DNA of 64,000 nt from Clostridiales bacterium (GCA_028725765.1 JAQYRL010000011.1:15281-79280), one strand, 5' to 3'; positions 10,806 through 21,327 are shown, counted from the first letter of the stretch. Numbers and translations: made by a program. The notes: generated from the letters alone by a model not told the origin.

Positions 10806-11972
10806 CTATAATCCTCTTTTTTTCTTTTTCGCAATCCCACTTGATCGGCCATCTAATATCTCAGTCACTATGACATCGTTACCCTTAAATTTCAGTTTAT
10901 TTTTGAGATAATATATTTTTTTCCTATTTGCATCATTAAGTATTGCAAAAATTGTTGGTCCGCTGCCTGACATCATCGTATGCCTTGTCTCCCTAGCGCC
11001 TTCTAGCTTCTGCTTCAATCTCTGCAAAAACTTCGAATTTTGAACAGTGTAATTCTCAAGCACATTTATCATCTGTTCATAGGCTTCATCCCACAACTCA
11101 TCACTTTTTTTATCTATCCCGAGTTTGTGATTTATCAATTTTTTGCCTAGTTTTGTATGTCCTGTTAAAATTGTTTTGTCATGTATATCGGCTTCGGTTC
11201 CTAAGTCAATCTGCGCCAACTCTTCAAGAATAGATACAAGCTCGTCATTATTTGGACGTTTTTCAATCACACAGGAATCTATCCCCTTATATACATCCCT
11301 TGTAGATACACTAAATGGTGGCTTTACAAGTATAACGTCTCTTGGAGGCATTTTCACCGGCGACAATTCTGTTCCTATTCCAGTAGCCCTTGCACATACA
11401 CAAGCCAATTTGTCATTTCTTAGATAGGACGGTACCGACTTGCAACTCTTCGCCTGATTCATAACCGCGAAAGGAACGTCTGCTCCTAGTTCTGCTCCAA
11501 GCTTCATAAGCTCTCTCATAGAAAAATGTGTACCAAGTAGTGCATTTAAACCATGTATCACCGCTGCAGCATTTCCGCTTCCACCACCTAGCCCTGCTCC
11601 AACCGGCACCCTTTTTTTAAGTACAATCTCAACTCGATATGGTATTTTGTGGTATTTACCCTTTAATCTGTCGGTTTTAATAAACTTCTCTAAGAATCTA
11701 ACAACGGCTCCATGGCATATATTTCTTTCATCACATGGCACAAAGGGCCAATTAGCACTTATTTCAATTTGAGGCATTGCTATATTTCCACTTCGGACAT
11801 GTGCATCCACATTGCTCGCTTCATCATTTTGAAAAATTGATATCTGTACGATATCGTGCAACAAAATCTGGCACATTATCATATCCACAAAGTGATATCC
11901 GTTGGCCATTACTTCGCCAACATCAAGCGAAATATTGACTTTACCATATGAGGCCAGCGTTATTGTCTTCAT
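10806..11972 (-). CDS. ispE: 4-diphosphocytidyl-2-C-methyl-D-erythritol kinase, enlarged variant
   Basis: GHMP-kinase motifs: KVNISLDV...NGYH at the N-terminus and ATP loop PVGAGLGGGSGNAAAV. 388 aa versus about 285 aa typical. Confidence 0.8.
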   Translation of the reverse strand: MKTITLASYGKVNISLDVGEVMANGYHFVDMIMCQILLHDIVQISIFQNDEASNVDAHVRSGNIAMPQIEISANWPFVPCDERNICHGAVVRFLEKFIKTDRLKGKYHKIPYRVEIVLKKRVPVGAGLGGGSGNAAAVIHGLNALLGTHFSMRELMKLGAELGADVPFAVMNQAKSCKSVPSYLRNDKLACVCARATGIGTELSPVKMPPRDVILVKPPFSVSTRDVYKGIDSCVIEKRPNNDELVSILEELAQIDLGTEADIHDKTILTGHTKLGKKLINHKLGIDKKSDELWDEAYEQMINVLENYTVQNSKFLQRLKQKLEGARETRHTMMSGSGPTIFAILNDANRKKIYYLKNKLKFKGNDVIVTEILDGRSSGIAKKKKRGL

Positions 11973-12832
11973 TTTTTATTTCTCTTCTTAGCCTGTTTTT
12001 CCCAGCGTTCTTCTTGCTCTCTTCTGGACTCTGCCAAAGCCTTACGTCCAGAAACAGTCTTTCCTCCTGCAACGCTTATCGGTCTTGGAGCATTCACTTT
12101 AAAATGTCCAGGTGGAAGTTCCTCTTCTTCACCATACATTTCAGCTAGCCTAGCTTCTTCAGCTTCTCTTTTCGCCCTTGCCTTCTCAGCTTTTTCCGCT
12201 CTTTTAGCCTTCTCTTTTTCCTGTTTTGCTACAATTTCTTCAACAGACTTTCCAGTTCTCTTCGCCTCTTTATATGGATTTACCTTGATTTCCTTATCAT
12301 CGGATGCAGCTTCTCTTTCCTTCCTAGCACTCCTAGAGGTGAAATAGAACATTCCGCCAAACATGACTACCATCATAGCCATATAAATCATAGTATTTCT
12401 CTTTTGATTCATGGTAGTGAATTTAATTTCAACGTCATGCCCAAGCTTTGCACCCTTATCGCTGACCAAATCCTTTGAAACATATAGCGTATACTTGCTG
12501 TCCTGCTTGATTTTGCTGCTGCCGTCATGATTGTCAGCAATGACCATCACCTGTTTTACATCTTTAGGATTATACATCACCCTGATAGGGACCTTCTTGC
12601 CGTCATCCCCTTTTATCATAAAGGCTTTGCTGTTAGCATCTCTGTTTGATTTCTTGCTTACACTTTGGTTAAAATTAAGTTTAACGCTCAAGTTTTCGAC
12701 AGTTGTGTTCTTTTGCCCATCCACCGGGTACGTATTTAAAATTTCCAAGCTATCATCTGCAGCAAAAGCTACCAGACATCCGCTAAACAAAATCATCAAT
12801 ACAAGACAAATACTTACGCTAAATTTCCTCAT
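11969..12832 (-). CDS. secreted/membrane protein with Ig-like (SbsA-type) domain, one TM and a Lys/Glu/Ala-rich tail
   Basis: 287 aa. Signal peptide ICLVLMILFSGCLVAFA, beta-rich module LEILNTYPVDGQKNTTVENLSVKLNF, TM MIYMAMMVVMFGGMFYF, charged C-tail. ATGA stop/start overlap with ispE. Confidence 0.6.
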   Translation of the reverse strand: MRKFSVSICLVLMILFSGCLVAFAADDSLEILNTYPVDGQKNTTVENLSVKLNFNQSVSKKSNRDANSKAFMIKGDDGKKVPIRVMYNPKDVKQVMVIADNHDGSSKIKQDSKYTLYVSKDLVSDKGAKLGHDVEIKFTTMNQKRNTMIYMAMMVVMFGGMFYFTSRSARKEREAASDDKEIKVNPYKEAKRTGKSVEEIVAKQEKEKAKRAEKAEKARAKREAEEARLAEMYGEEEELPPGHFKVNAPRPISVAGGKTVSGRKALAESRREQEERWEKQAKKRNKK

Positions 12833-12848
12833 TCTTTCCGCCTCCGGT

Positions 12849-13343
12849 TTAATTATTTTTTTCCTTCTTATGATTAATATTCCTTTGATTTCTTAGTTCA
12901 CGAAAAAAGGTCTTAAGTTTTTCGGCACTCTCCTCTGCCAAAATCCCACCAACTACGTTAACTCTGTGATTAAGTCTTCTCTCCGTTGGTATATCAAAAA
13001 TACTTCCGCATCCTCCAAATTTAGGATCGCTTGCAGCAAAATACAAGTTGTCTAATCGCGACAAAACAATTGCTCCAACGCACATGACACACGGCTCAAG
13101 GCTAACATAAATAGAGCAACCGGTCAGTCTCCAATTTCCAAGGAATTCAGCCGCTTGCGCTATAGCTTCCATCTCTGCATGACTTGTTGCAAGAGCTTTA
13201 GTCTCGGTCTTGTTATATCCCCTGCCGATAATAACTCCATCTCTAACAACAACGGCTCCAACTGGAACTTCTCCAATTAATGCAGCCTTATCAGCTTCCT
13301 TTAAAGCCTCTCTCATAAAAAAAGAATTTTCTTCGTAATTCAT
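12849..13343 (-). CDS. tadA: tRNA adenosine(34) deaminase
   Basis: 164 aa with CDA zinc motifs HAEMEAI and PCVMCVGA. Confidence 0.9.
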   Translation of the reverse strand: MNYEENSFFMREALKEADKAALIGEVPVGAVVVRDGVIIGRGYNKTETKALATSHAEMEAIAQAAEFLGNWRLTGCSIYVSLEPCVMCVGAIVLSRLDNLYFAASDPKFGGCGSIFDIPTERRLNHRVNVVGGILAEESAEKLKTFFRELRNQRNINHKKEKNN

Positions 13344-13536
13344 ATGCTTTTAAATTTTAACACATCTTGTATACATGTTTCAAGATTTTTGCACATAATA
13401 AAATGCATTTTATCTGAATTATAGATATTGCCACCTAAATATGATATTATTACTCTTACTTATTAGAAAAACTACAATTTATATTTCTCATACATTGAAT
13501 TATAAATTTTTAAAAAGATTTTTAGAGGAAACACAT

Positions 13537-14259
13537 ATGGTAATAGATATTATTTTAATCTGCATTTTGCTGACTTCCGCCTTCTTGGCCCTTAGGAAGG
13601 GCATGGTCATATCACTAGTAAGTATGCTCAGCTGGACTGTATGCTCGATAGGAGGGCTCTTACTTAGCGAGCCAGTAAAAATTTGGATAATCGAAAACAC
13701 TGACATAGATGAAAAAATCAACGAGATTCTATTTCTTAAAAGTAGCACCAGTCTAAAAGAAAGAGACCTCGATGGAGGTCTCCTTGGTTTTCCTGAATTA
13801 TTTGATTTTTCGACGCTCAAAGAAGGAAGTTTACTTGCAAAGATTTCAGAAATATTTGGTCAAACTGATGATTATTTATCCTTTCTCAAAAAACCTGTAG
13901 ATTCCATTGCTGAAGCCCTAGGTCAATCAGTAGCAGATAAGGTCACAGATTTATTGATGGGCATTATAGCCTTTCTATTTATAGTGCTTGCTGCAAAAAT
14001 GTTTTGTGGCTTTATAACCCTGATTATGTCGAAAAAATATCGCGGAGGAGCAATCGGATTCCTCGATGGATTAGGCGGTTTCTGCTTTGGCCTTGTTCGT
14101 GGTGGAATAATAATACTCTTGATTTTCGCAGCTCTGGTTCCGATTGTAGCCCTAAGTTCACCGGAGAATTCGAATCTCATTATCGAGCAGCTCGGCACAT
14201 CTAAAGCGGCACAATTCATCTACCAAAACAATATTTTAATTAATTATCTCTTCCTTTAG
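13537..14259 (+). CDS. CvpA-family membrane protein
   Basis: Start moved to ATG 13537 (AGAGGAA RBS). N-terminus MVIDIILICILLTSAFLALRKG is typical of CvpA, with further TM helices near the C-terminus. Confidence 0.65.
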   Translation: MVIDIILICILLTSAFLALRKGMVISLVSMLSWTVCSIGGLLLSEPVKIWIIENTDIDEKINEILFLKSSTSLKERDLDGGLLGFPELFDFSTLKEGSLLAKISEIFGQTDDYLSFLKKPVDSIAEALGQSVADKVTDLLMGIIAFLFIVLAAKMFCGFITLIMSKKYRGGAIGFLDGLGGFCFGLVRGGIIILLIFAALVPIVALSSPENSNLIIEQLGTSKAAQFIYQNNILINYLFL

Positions 14260-14325
14260 AGAAAAAATCATTTGTTGCCGGCCCACACTCAAATAGCGCA
14301 AAACATAACTCATAAACGAAGAAAC

Positions 14326-14754
14326 TTATAATTTTTCCCCGCTATACTCCGCATCACAGTATACACATCTATATGTCTTTTTTCCCGGATCAACAAGTTT
14401 GAATTTTTGAGTGATTTCCTGTTCAACCGACGTTATACACCTTGGATTCTTGCATCTTATAACATCTGTAAGTGTTTCTGGAAGTTTAAGATGTACTTTC
14501 TCAACCAGCTTTCCGTTTTTAACCTTATTGACTGTTATATTGCTGTTTAAATATCCTAGAACCTCTATGTCAAGAGGAATATCTTCATCGATTTTTATGA
14601 TGTCTTTTTTGCCGTATTTTGTGCTGTCTACATGCTGAATAACCGCTACGGTGCAAGCTAGTTTATCAAGTTTCAAGAGTTCATAAATCTCCATGCTCTT
14701 TCCTGCAGTGATGTGATCCAAAACAATGCCTGTATTTACGCCATCTATATTCAT
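14326..14754 (-). CDS. pyrI: aspartate carbamoyltransferase regulatory subunit
   Basis: Start chosen at ATG 14754 (GGAGA RBS). Zn cluster CKNPRCIT ... CVYCD. Immediately downstream of pyrB. Confidence 0.85.
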   Translation of the reverse strand: MNIDGVNTGIVLDHITAGKSMEIYELLKLDKLACTVAVIQHVDSTKYGKKDIIKIDEDIPLDIEVLGYLNSNITVNKVKNGKLVEKVHLKLPETLTDVIRCKNPRCITSVEQEITQKFKLVDPGKKTYRCVYCDAEYSGEKL

Positions 14755-14823
14755 ATTCTTTCTCCTTGTATATTCTCTGTATTTATACTCATTTTCCAAG
14801 TGTATTGACAACTAATATTTAAC

Positions 14824-15762
14824 CTATTTCCCAAAGCCTTCCCTTTCGATACCTAAGAGGAAGAGTATCAATGCCATTCTTATATGCTTTCCACAAAGAG
14901 CCTGGAAGAAGTAGCATGCTCTAGGATCATCATCAACCTCAACAGAAATTTCATTAACCCTTGGTAGTGGATGCATTATCGTTAGGTCTTTCTTGGCCTT
15001 TTCGAGTTTCTCAAGATTCAAGATATAGCTATCTTTTAGTCTAATATAATCAGCTTCGTTAAAAAATCTCTCTTTCTGCACGCGCGTCATATACAAAATA
15101 TCCAGCTCCGGTATGGCTTTTTCGATGTCTGATGTTTCCGACCAGCTCACACCTGCTTTATCCATTTTCTCCTTCATATAATCCGGGATTCTTAACTCTT
15201 CGGGTGAAATCAAAATAAATTTCACATTCTCATACCTCATCATTGCCTCGATAAGGGAATGTACAGTTCTGCCAAATTTTAGGTCTCCGCAAAGGCCAAT
15301 AGTCATATTATCCAATCTGCCCTTCTTCCTGCTTATCGTCAATATATCAGTTAAAGTCTGAGTTGGATGGAAGTGTCCGCCATCTCCGGCATTTATTATC
15401 GGAACTGTAGTTCTCTGAGCTCCAACTACAGGAGCACCTTCCTTAGGATGCCTCATGGCAATAATGTCTACATAGCATCCCACAGTTCTTATGGTATCAC
15501 TCACGCTTTCACCCTTTGCTGCTGAACTTGAATTTGCAGACGAAAATCCAAGAACACTGCCTCCCAGTTCTAGCATTGCAGCCTCAAAGCTAAGCCTTGT
15601 TCTTGTGCTAGGTTCAAAGAAGAGAGTAGCAAGTTTCTTGTGCCTGCATATCTCATCGTAGAATGAATGATTTTCAACAATATCATTGGCTACCCTAACT
15701 AAATAGTCAATTTCTTCCGTTGTTAGATCCGTAATGTTAATTAAATTTTTGATTTCCTTCAT
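14824..15762 (-). CDS. pyrB: aspartate carbamoyltransferase catalytic subunit
   Basis: 312 aa with carbamoyl-phosphate site STRTR, HPTQ and HPLPR motifs. Confidence 0.95.
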   Translation of the reverse strand: MKEIKNLINITDLTTEEIDYLVRVANDIVENHSFYDEICRHKKLATLFFEPSTRTRLSFEAAMLELGGSVLGFSSANSSSAAKGESVSDTIRTVGCYVDIIAMRHPKEGAPVVGAQRTTVPIINAGDGGHFHPTQTLTDILTISRKKGRLDNMTIGLCGDLKFGRTVHSLIEAMMRYENVKFILISPEELRIPDYMKEKMDKAGVSWSETSDIEKAIPELDILYMTRVQKERFFNEADYIRLKDSYILNLEKLEKAKKDLTIMHPLPRVNEISVEVDDDPRACYFFQALCGKHIRMALILFLLGIEREGFGK

Positions 15763-15832
15763 ATTCCGTCTCCTTTTTCATATATAAAATTTTAATTTAT
15801 TTTCGAATTTATCCAAATCACCTATTGGATCA

Positions 15833-17290
15833 TTATTTCATCCACGATTCATCGGACGGATTGTCTCTGAACCTAAGAATCTTAGCCGCATCATTCTCAT
15901 TTATATAGTTATCTTTTACTGCTACCTCAACAAGACTGTCAAGATCTGCAAGGCTTACAGCTTTAACTTTTGATTCTACAAATCTTTCCATACTCTTTTT
16001 CATCTTATATGTAAAAATACTCATTACACCAAGTACATCTGCACCAGCATCTCTAAGTGCTTCAACAGTTTCTATGGAAGATCCTCCGGTTGAAATTAAA
16101 TCTTCAATAACGACTACTTTTGCGCCCTTTTCAAGTCTACCTTCAATTCTATTGGTTCTTCCATGGTCTTTTGCTGACCCCCTTACATACCCCATTGGTA
16201 GGTCCAGGATTTCTCCTACTATTGCAGCATGTGCAATACCGGCAGTAGCCGTTCCCATCAGCACTTCGCAGTCCGGAAATTCTTTTTCTATTTTCTGTGC
16301 AAGTGCATCTTCTACAATTTCTCTCACACTTGGAGCTGTCAAAATCAACCGATTATCACAGTATATCGGACTTTTTATGCCCGATGCCCATGTAAAAGGC
16401 TCTTCGGGTCGCAAGAATACCGCTTTAATCTCAAGCAAACCCTTAGCCACTTTCCTAGAAATATCTTCTAATGACTCTCTTACGCTCTCAATGTTTTTAG
16501 AACTTTTTGCGATTTGAGAAGATTGTAAAGAATCCTCATCAAGTTTAATTCCGAAATCTAAAAGACATTTTTTATATGACTTAACTGGATCTTCAGACTT
16601 AGTTATCGGTCTTCCAACAACAATGAAGTCACAGCCTATTTCCTTTGCCTTCTCAGGTGTTGTAATCCTGACCTGATCATCTTTCTTCGCACCCTCAAAT
16701 CTAATCCCCGGTGTCACCGTCAAGAAAGTTTGTCCGCATTTCTTGTGTATAATCTCTGCTTCATGAGGAGAGCAGATAACACCATCAAGACCTGCTTTTT
16801 TCGCATTTCCTCCATAATGCAAAACAGTTTCTGCCATAGATTTCTCAATTAAAAGATCTCTTTTCATATCCTGCTCACTTGTTGACGTGAGCTGAGTTAC
16901 CGCAATTAAAACTGGCCTGCTTTGTTTTTCATTATCAGAACATTCGCAATCACAAATATATTTTTCAAAGCCTGCATCAAGACCCCTTTTGGCAGCCCTC
17001 ATCATCTCAATTGTACCCTGAGCGTGAACATTTACCATATCCACTCCGAGAGATGCCAAATTTAACATTGCATGTTCGACAGTGTTTGGAATATCGTGTA
17101 ATTTGAGATCCAGAAATATTTTGTGCCCTCTAGCTTTAATTTCTCTGACAATATCCGGTCCTTCACGATAAAAAAGCTCCATTCCTACCTTTACAAACGG
17201 TTTCCTCGCTTCATTTTCAAATAAGTCTAAAAAATCTAGAGCATCTTTACGATTTGAAAAATCCAGTGCTATAATTACGTCCCTCTGCAT
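15833..17290 (-). CDS. pyrF/pyrE: bifunctional orotidine-5-phosphate decarboxylase / orotate phosphoribosyltransferase (PyrF-PyrE fusion)
   Basis: 485 aa. N-half carries KVGMELFY, DLKLHDIPNTV, VTQLTSTSE, VVGRPIT (PyrF). C-half carries IKAVFLRPEEPFTWASGIKSPIYCDNR and VVVIEDLISTGGSS (PyrE). Confidence 0.9.
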   Translation of the reverse strand: MQRDVIIALDFSNRKDALDFLDLFENEARKPFVKVGMELFYREGPDIVREIKARGHKIFLDLKLHDIPNTVEHAMLNLASLGVDMVNVHAQGTIEMMRAAKRGLDAGFEKYICDCECSDNEKQSRPVLIAVTQLTSTSEQDMKRDLLIEKSMAETVLHYGGNAKKAGLDGVICSPHEAEIIHKKCGQTFLTVTPGIRFEGAKKDDQVRITTPEKAKEIGCDFIVVGRPITKSEDPVKSYKKCLLDFGIKLDEDSLQSSQIAKSSKNIESVRESLEDISRKVAKGLLEIKAVFLRPEEPFTWASGIKSPIYCDNRLILTAPSVREIVEDALAQKIEKEFPDCEVLMGTATAGIAHAAIVGEILDLPMGYVRGSAKDHGRTNRIEGRLEKGAKVVVIEDLISTGGSSIETVEALRDAGADVLGVMSIFTYKMKKSMERFVESKVKAVSLADLDSLVEVAVKDNYINENDAAKILRFRDNPSDESWMK

Positions 17291-17380
17291 AATTCCTCCT
17301 TTTAATAATTCTATGCAAATCTCCTCACAATGATTCGATTTATTTCCAAGTTCTCGTAGTCACTTCCTATTATCTTAAAC

Positions 17381-18304
17381 TCAGTGCGCTGCTCCGATGA
17401 TTGATTTTATATCCTTTATCCCAAGCTCGTCGCACAAAACAGGCAAATTCTCAATTATTTCTTTACATGCCCATGGATTTACTAGATTATACGCACCAAC
17501 CTGCACAGCAGACGCTCCAGCCATCATCATTTCGAGAACATCCCTCGCGGAAGAGATCCCACCCATGCCAATCACAGGAATTTTGCAAGCTTCGTAAACT
17601 TGATATACCATCCTCAGTGCAACCGGAAATATCGCAGGTCCCGAGAATCCACCAATTTTATTTGCAATTACTGGCTTTCTTCGGTTAATGTCAATCCTCA
17701 TTCCCATAATTGTGTTTATAAGTGATAGACCATCCGCTCCTGAATCTTCACAAGCTTTTGCAATTTCAACGATATCCGTAACATTTGGAGAGAGCTTGAT
17801 GTAAATCGGTTTTGATGAAACACTTTTTACAGCCCTTGTGACCTCCGCTGCACTCTCGGGGCATACGCCGTAAGCCATCCCTCCGTTATGAACGTTTGGG
17901 CAGCTAATATTTACTTCTATTATCCCCACCTGGTCAACCTTCTCAAATGATTCAGCCAGACGAACATACTCATCTATCGAAAATCCACTTATATTTGCAA
18001 TTACAGGTTTTCTATATGTTTCAAACAGCCTTGGTAATTCTTCCTTGATGACATGTTCAACACCCGGATTTTGAAGCCCAACAGAATTTATTAACCCCAT
18101 TGGAGTTTCTGCAATTCTAGGAAGTGGGTTGCCCTGCCTAGGCTCACAGGTGGTTCCCTTAAAACTAATAGAGCCCAAAATGTTTAGGTCATACAGCTCT
18201 CTAAATTCTTCTCCAAATCCGAAGGTTCCACTTGCGGGGATTACCGGATTATCGAGAATTAAATTGCCCAAAGATGTGCTTATGTCTATTCCTCTTGCTA
18301 CCAT
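17381..18304 (-). CDS. pyrD: dihydroorotate dehydrogenase B catalytic subunit
   Basis: 307 aa, class 1B DHOD-like (GTFGFG, NISCPN, GGISS motifs). 7-nt overlap with pyrK. Confidence 0.92.
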   Translation of the reverse strand: MVARGIDISTSLGNLILDNPVIPASGTFGFGEEFRELYDLNILGSISFKGTTCEPRQGNPLPRIAETPMGLINSVGLQNPGVEHVIKEELPRLFETYRKPVIANISGFSIDEYVRLAESFEKVDQVGIIEVNISCPNVHNGGMAYGVCPESAAEVTRAVKSVSSKPIYIKLSPNVTDIVEIAKACEDSGADGLSLINTIMGMRIDINRRKPVIANKIGGFSGPAIFPVALRMVYQVYEACKIPVIGMGGISSARDVLEMMMAGASAVQVGAYNLVNPWACKEIIENLPVLCDELGIKDIKSIIGAAH

Positions 18305-19071
18305 ATTATTTCCTCTTTCAAAAAAACAGGACCATCCTTACATATGCGTTTTCCACCACTTCGAGTGCTGCATGTGCATCCCATACACGCTCCAAAACCA
18401 CAGGCCATTCTCTCTTCAAGGCTGTACTGACCCTTTGCTGGAAGCTGCGATAAAGCCTTAAGCATAGCCTTAGGTCCGCAGGCAAATATGTATGATTTCT
18501 CTATATCGAATTTTTCTTCATCCACAATTTCTTTGATTGTATCAATCACAGTACCCTTCGTCCCCAAACTACCATCAACGGTTGCAATGTGGATAGTAGG
18601 CTTAACTCCGTGCTTCGATGCAATCTTCTCAAATTCATCAACACCAAATACTTCACTTGACTTATTAAATCCTAGTATCACCCTAGGTCTCATTCCAATT
18701 CTCAAAGCTTCCTCATAGCAACCCATCATAGGTGGTACACCAACGCCTCCACCAATTAATAACACTTCTCTACCGCCTGTTTTGTCAAGATCAAAGCCGT
18801 TCCCAAGAGGTAGCAAAACATTTAGTTTGTCTCCGCTCTGAAGCTCAGACAGTCGTAAAGTGCCTCCACCGACTATTTTGTAGTACAGGCTAATGCCGTT
18901 TTCGCTAACCCTTGCAACAGAAATTGGACGTCTCAGGAAAAATCCATCTACCGTTATATTTACAAACTGCCCGGGTTTGCTGAATCCAGAAGCATCACCG
19001 GCCAAATCCATTTTATAAGTCCGATCGGCCACCATGCAGTTTTCTTTTACAACAAAATACTCTTCTCTCAT
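18298..19071 (-). CDS. pyrK: dihydroorotate dehydrogenase electron-transfer subunit
   Basis: 257 aa with FAD/NAD-binding fold (RRPISV, GGGVGVPP) and C-terminal 2Fe-2S cysteines CGFGACMGCTC. Confidence 0.9.
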   Translation of the reverse strand: MREEYFVVKENCMVADRTYKMDLAGDASGFSKPGQFVNITVDGFFLRRPISVARVSENGISLYYKIVGGGTLRLSELQSGDKLNVLLPLGNGFDLDKTGGREVLLIGGGVGVPPMMGCYEEALRIGMRPRVILGFNKSSEVFGVDEFEKIASKHGVKPTIHIATVDGSLGTKGTVIDTIKEIVDEEKFDIEKSYIFACGPKAMLKALSQLPAKGQYSLEERMACGFGACMGCTCSTRSGGKRICKDGPVFLKEEIIW

Positions 19072-19078
19072 TCTAGAA

Positions 19079-20368
19079 TTACACCTCTAAAAATTTTAAT
19101 ATTCCACCAACGAAGGTTGCAACAGCCTTGCCAACTACTTCCGTGCCATCAAATGGAGTTGCTCGCCCTTTGCTCATAAATTCGTTTGAATTGATTGTCC
19201 AGTTTTTGGTCGGGTCAAGGACAGATATATCGCAAATCTCAGTGCCTTCTACCAAACTCTTAGGTCCAGAAAGGCTAAATCTTTCTCTAGGATTTATCGA
19301 CATGAGTTTTATCAGTTCTTCAGGAGTTATTATTCTCGGTCTAACCAAATGTGTATTTAAAAGTGCAAAAGATGTCTCAAGCCCCACTATGCCAAATGCG
19401 CTTTTTTCAAGTCCTTTTGATTTTTCTTCGAAAGAATGGGGTGCGTGGTCGGTTGCAATCATGTCGATAGTGCCGTCTTTTATGCCCTCTATTAGAGCCT
19501 CCCTATCCTCTGCACTTCTAATAGGAGGATTCATTTTGAATCTTCCTTCATCATGCAAATCCATGTCCGTAAGTATAAGATAATGAGGTGCTGTTTCACA
19601 GCTCACATCGACACCTGATTTTTTAGCCTGTCTAATAATATCAACCGTTTCCTTTGTGGAAATATGGCAAACATGATATTTGCATCCCGTCTTGGCGGCA
19701 AGCTCAACGTCTCTGGCAACTTGGGCCCACTCGCTTTCAGAAGATATCCCTCTGTAAGAATGCATCTTTGCATATTCACCCTTATGAATATAGCCTCCTT
19801 CGAGTAGGGATTCATCCTCACAGTGTGCTACAATCGGCTTGTTTAAATCCTTAGCGATAAGCATAGCTTCTTCCATAAGCTCTCCAGTTTGTACGCCTCT
19901 GCCGTCATCGCTAAAGCCTATCACATATGGGGCTGTAGAAGCCATATCGGCTAATTCCGATCTGCCATTTCCCGTCTTTGTTATAGTTCCATATGGTATA
20001 ACATTGATAACCGCATCTTCATCTATTATTTCAAGTTGGGTCTCTAGATTTTTAAGATTACCTGGAGGAGGATTAAGATTTGGCATTGAGCAAATGGTCG
20101 TATATCCGCCGTGTGCACCTGCAAGGGTTCCCGTCCGTATCGATTCTTTATAAAAAAAACCCGGTTCTCTCAAATGTACATGTACATCTACAAAACCGGG
20201 AATAATATATTTATTTTTAAAATCAAAAACTCTATCATAGAGGCAACTACTCTGTTCTTTGTTAAAGTCAACAATCACTTTATCAGAGTCGACAAGAAGG
20301 TCCTTTTTGATAAACTGCCCTTTACCTTTATTATCAAACACTTTTGCGTTCTTAAGCAAGGTTTTCAT
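19079..20368 (-). CDS. pyrC: dihydroorotase
   Basis: 429 aa amidohydrolase with DVHVHLREPG metal motif and DHAPH. Confidence 0.92.
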   Translation of the reverse strand: MKTLLKNAKVFDNKGKGQFIKKDLLVDSDKVIVDFNKEQSSCLYDRVFDFKNKYIIPGFVDVHVHLREPGFFYKESIRTGTLAGAHGGYTTICSMPNLNPPPGNLKNLETQLEIIDEDAVINVIPYGTITKTGNGRSELADMASTAPYVIGFSDDGRGVQTGELMEEAMLIAKDLNKPIVAHCEDESLLEGGYIHKGEYAKMHSYRGISSESEWAQVARDVELAAKTGCKYHVCHISTKETVDIIRQAKKSGVDVSCETAPHYLILTDMDLHDEGRFKMNPPIRSAEDREALIEGIKDGTIDMIATDHAPHSFEEKSKGLEKSAFGIVGLETSFALLNTHLVRPRIITPEELIKLMSINPRERFSLSGPKSLVEGTEICDISVLDPTKNWTINSNEFMSKGRATPFDGTEVVGKAVATFVGGILKFLEV

Positions 20369-20466
20369 ATGAAACTCCTTTCACTTATTTCTTCCTAAAT
20401 CTTCAATATTCTACACCCAAAATTTATGAGAGTCAATACATTTGTGAGAGAAATTATAAGATAAAA

Positions 20467-21327
20467 TTAAAAGTCTCCTATAACAGTACGATCTTTGCCC
20501 GCAAGGTCCTTAAATACAGTTATATTTTTAAATCCAGTATCACTTAAAAGATTTGAAACGTCATCTGCCTGATCATGCCCTATTTCAAAAACTAATGCTC
20601 CATTCTTTCTCATATAATCTCCCGCCGAAGCAATTATTTTGTTGTAATAATCGAGTCCAGTCTCACCGCCGTCGAGCGCGGAAAGTGGTTCATAATTCTT
20701 AACTTCCTTATCAAGAGTTGTAATGACATCAGTCGGAATATAGGGTGGGTTTGAAATGATTAAATCAAACTTCTGTTTCCCAAAGAGCTTATTAAAAGGC
20801 TCAAATAAATTGCCTCTTACAATCTTGCACGCTTTTGAAAGCCCTAATTTCTCTACATTTGATTTTGAAATACGCACGGCATCTTCGGACTCGTCGCTCA
20901 TTGTCACCCTTACACCGTGGCATTCCTTAGCAATCGCAATGCCCAAAGCGCCACTACCACAGCAGAGATCTAAAACTGTTTTGTAACGTCGATTCTTTAT
21001 GAGTTCAACTGCCTTCTCAACCACAGTCTCCGAATCAAGCCTTGGTATCAAAACTCCCGGCTCAACATGAATATCATATCCGTAAAAGTTCTGAATTCCA
21101 GTTATATATTGAAGAGGTTCTTTCTCAGCCCTTCTATCAAGAAGTTCGAGATAAGATTCGCAGTCTTCAAACTCTCTAGTTTTTTGCCATTCCATCAGAA
21201 ACTGTCTCTGATTAAGGCCGAATCTATAGCAGTATAAATCTCTACTCTCCCCTTTGGCATTTGAAATCCCTGCATTAGCAAGACGTTTTTCACCTAGCAT
21301 CAAAAGTTCTTTCACAGGCATCGTCAT
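20467..21327 (-). CDS. prmC: release factor glutamine N5-methyltransferase
   Basis: 286 aa with SAM-binding DLCCGSG and NPPY motif (ISNPPYI). Confidence 0.9.
   Translation of the reverse strand: MTMPVKELLMLGEKRLANAGISNAKGESRDLYCYRFGLNQRQFLMEWQKTREFEDCESYLELLDRRAEKEPLQYITGIQNFYGYDIHVEPGVLIPRLDSETVVEKAVELIKNRRYKTVLDLCCGSGALGIAIAKECHGVRVTMSDESEDAVRISKSNVEKLGLSKACKIVRGNLFEPFNKLFGKQKFDLIISNPPYIPTDVITTLDKEVKNYEPLSALDGGETGLDYYNKIIASAGDYMRKNGALVFEIGHDQADDVSNLLSDTGFKNITVFKDLAGKDRTVIGDF

Noticed and set aside
20369-20466. Looked for a PyrR-binding attenuator upstream of pyrC
   Set aside because: The leader is under 100 nt, no terminator/antiterminator pair or PyrR-box-like loop was seen, and there is no pyrR gene in the window.
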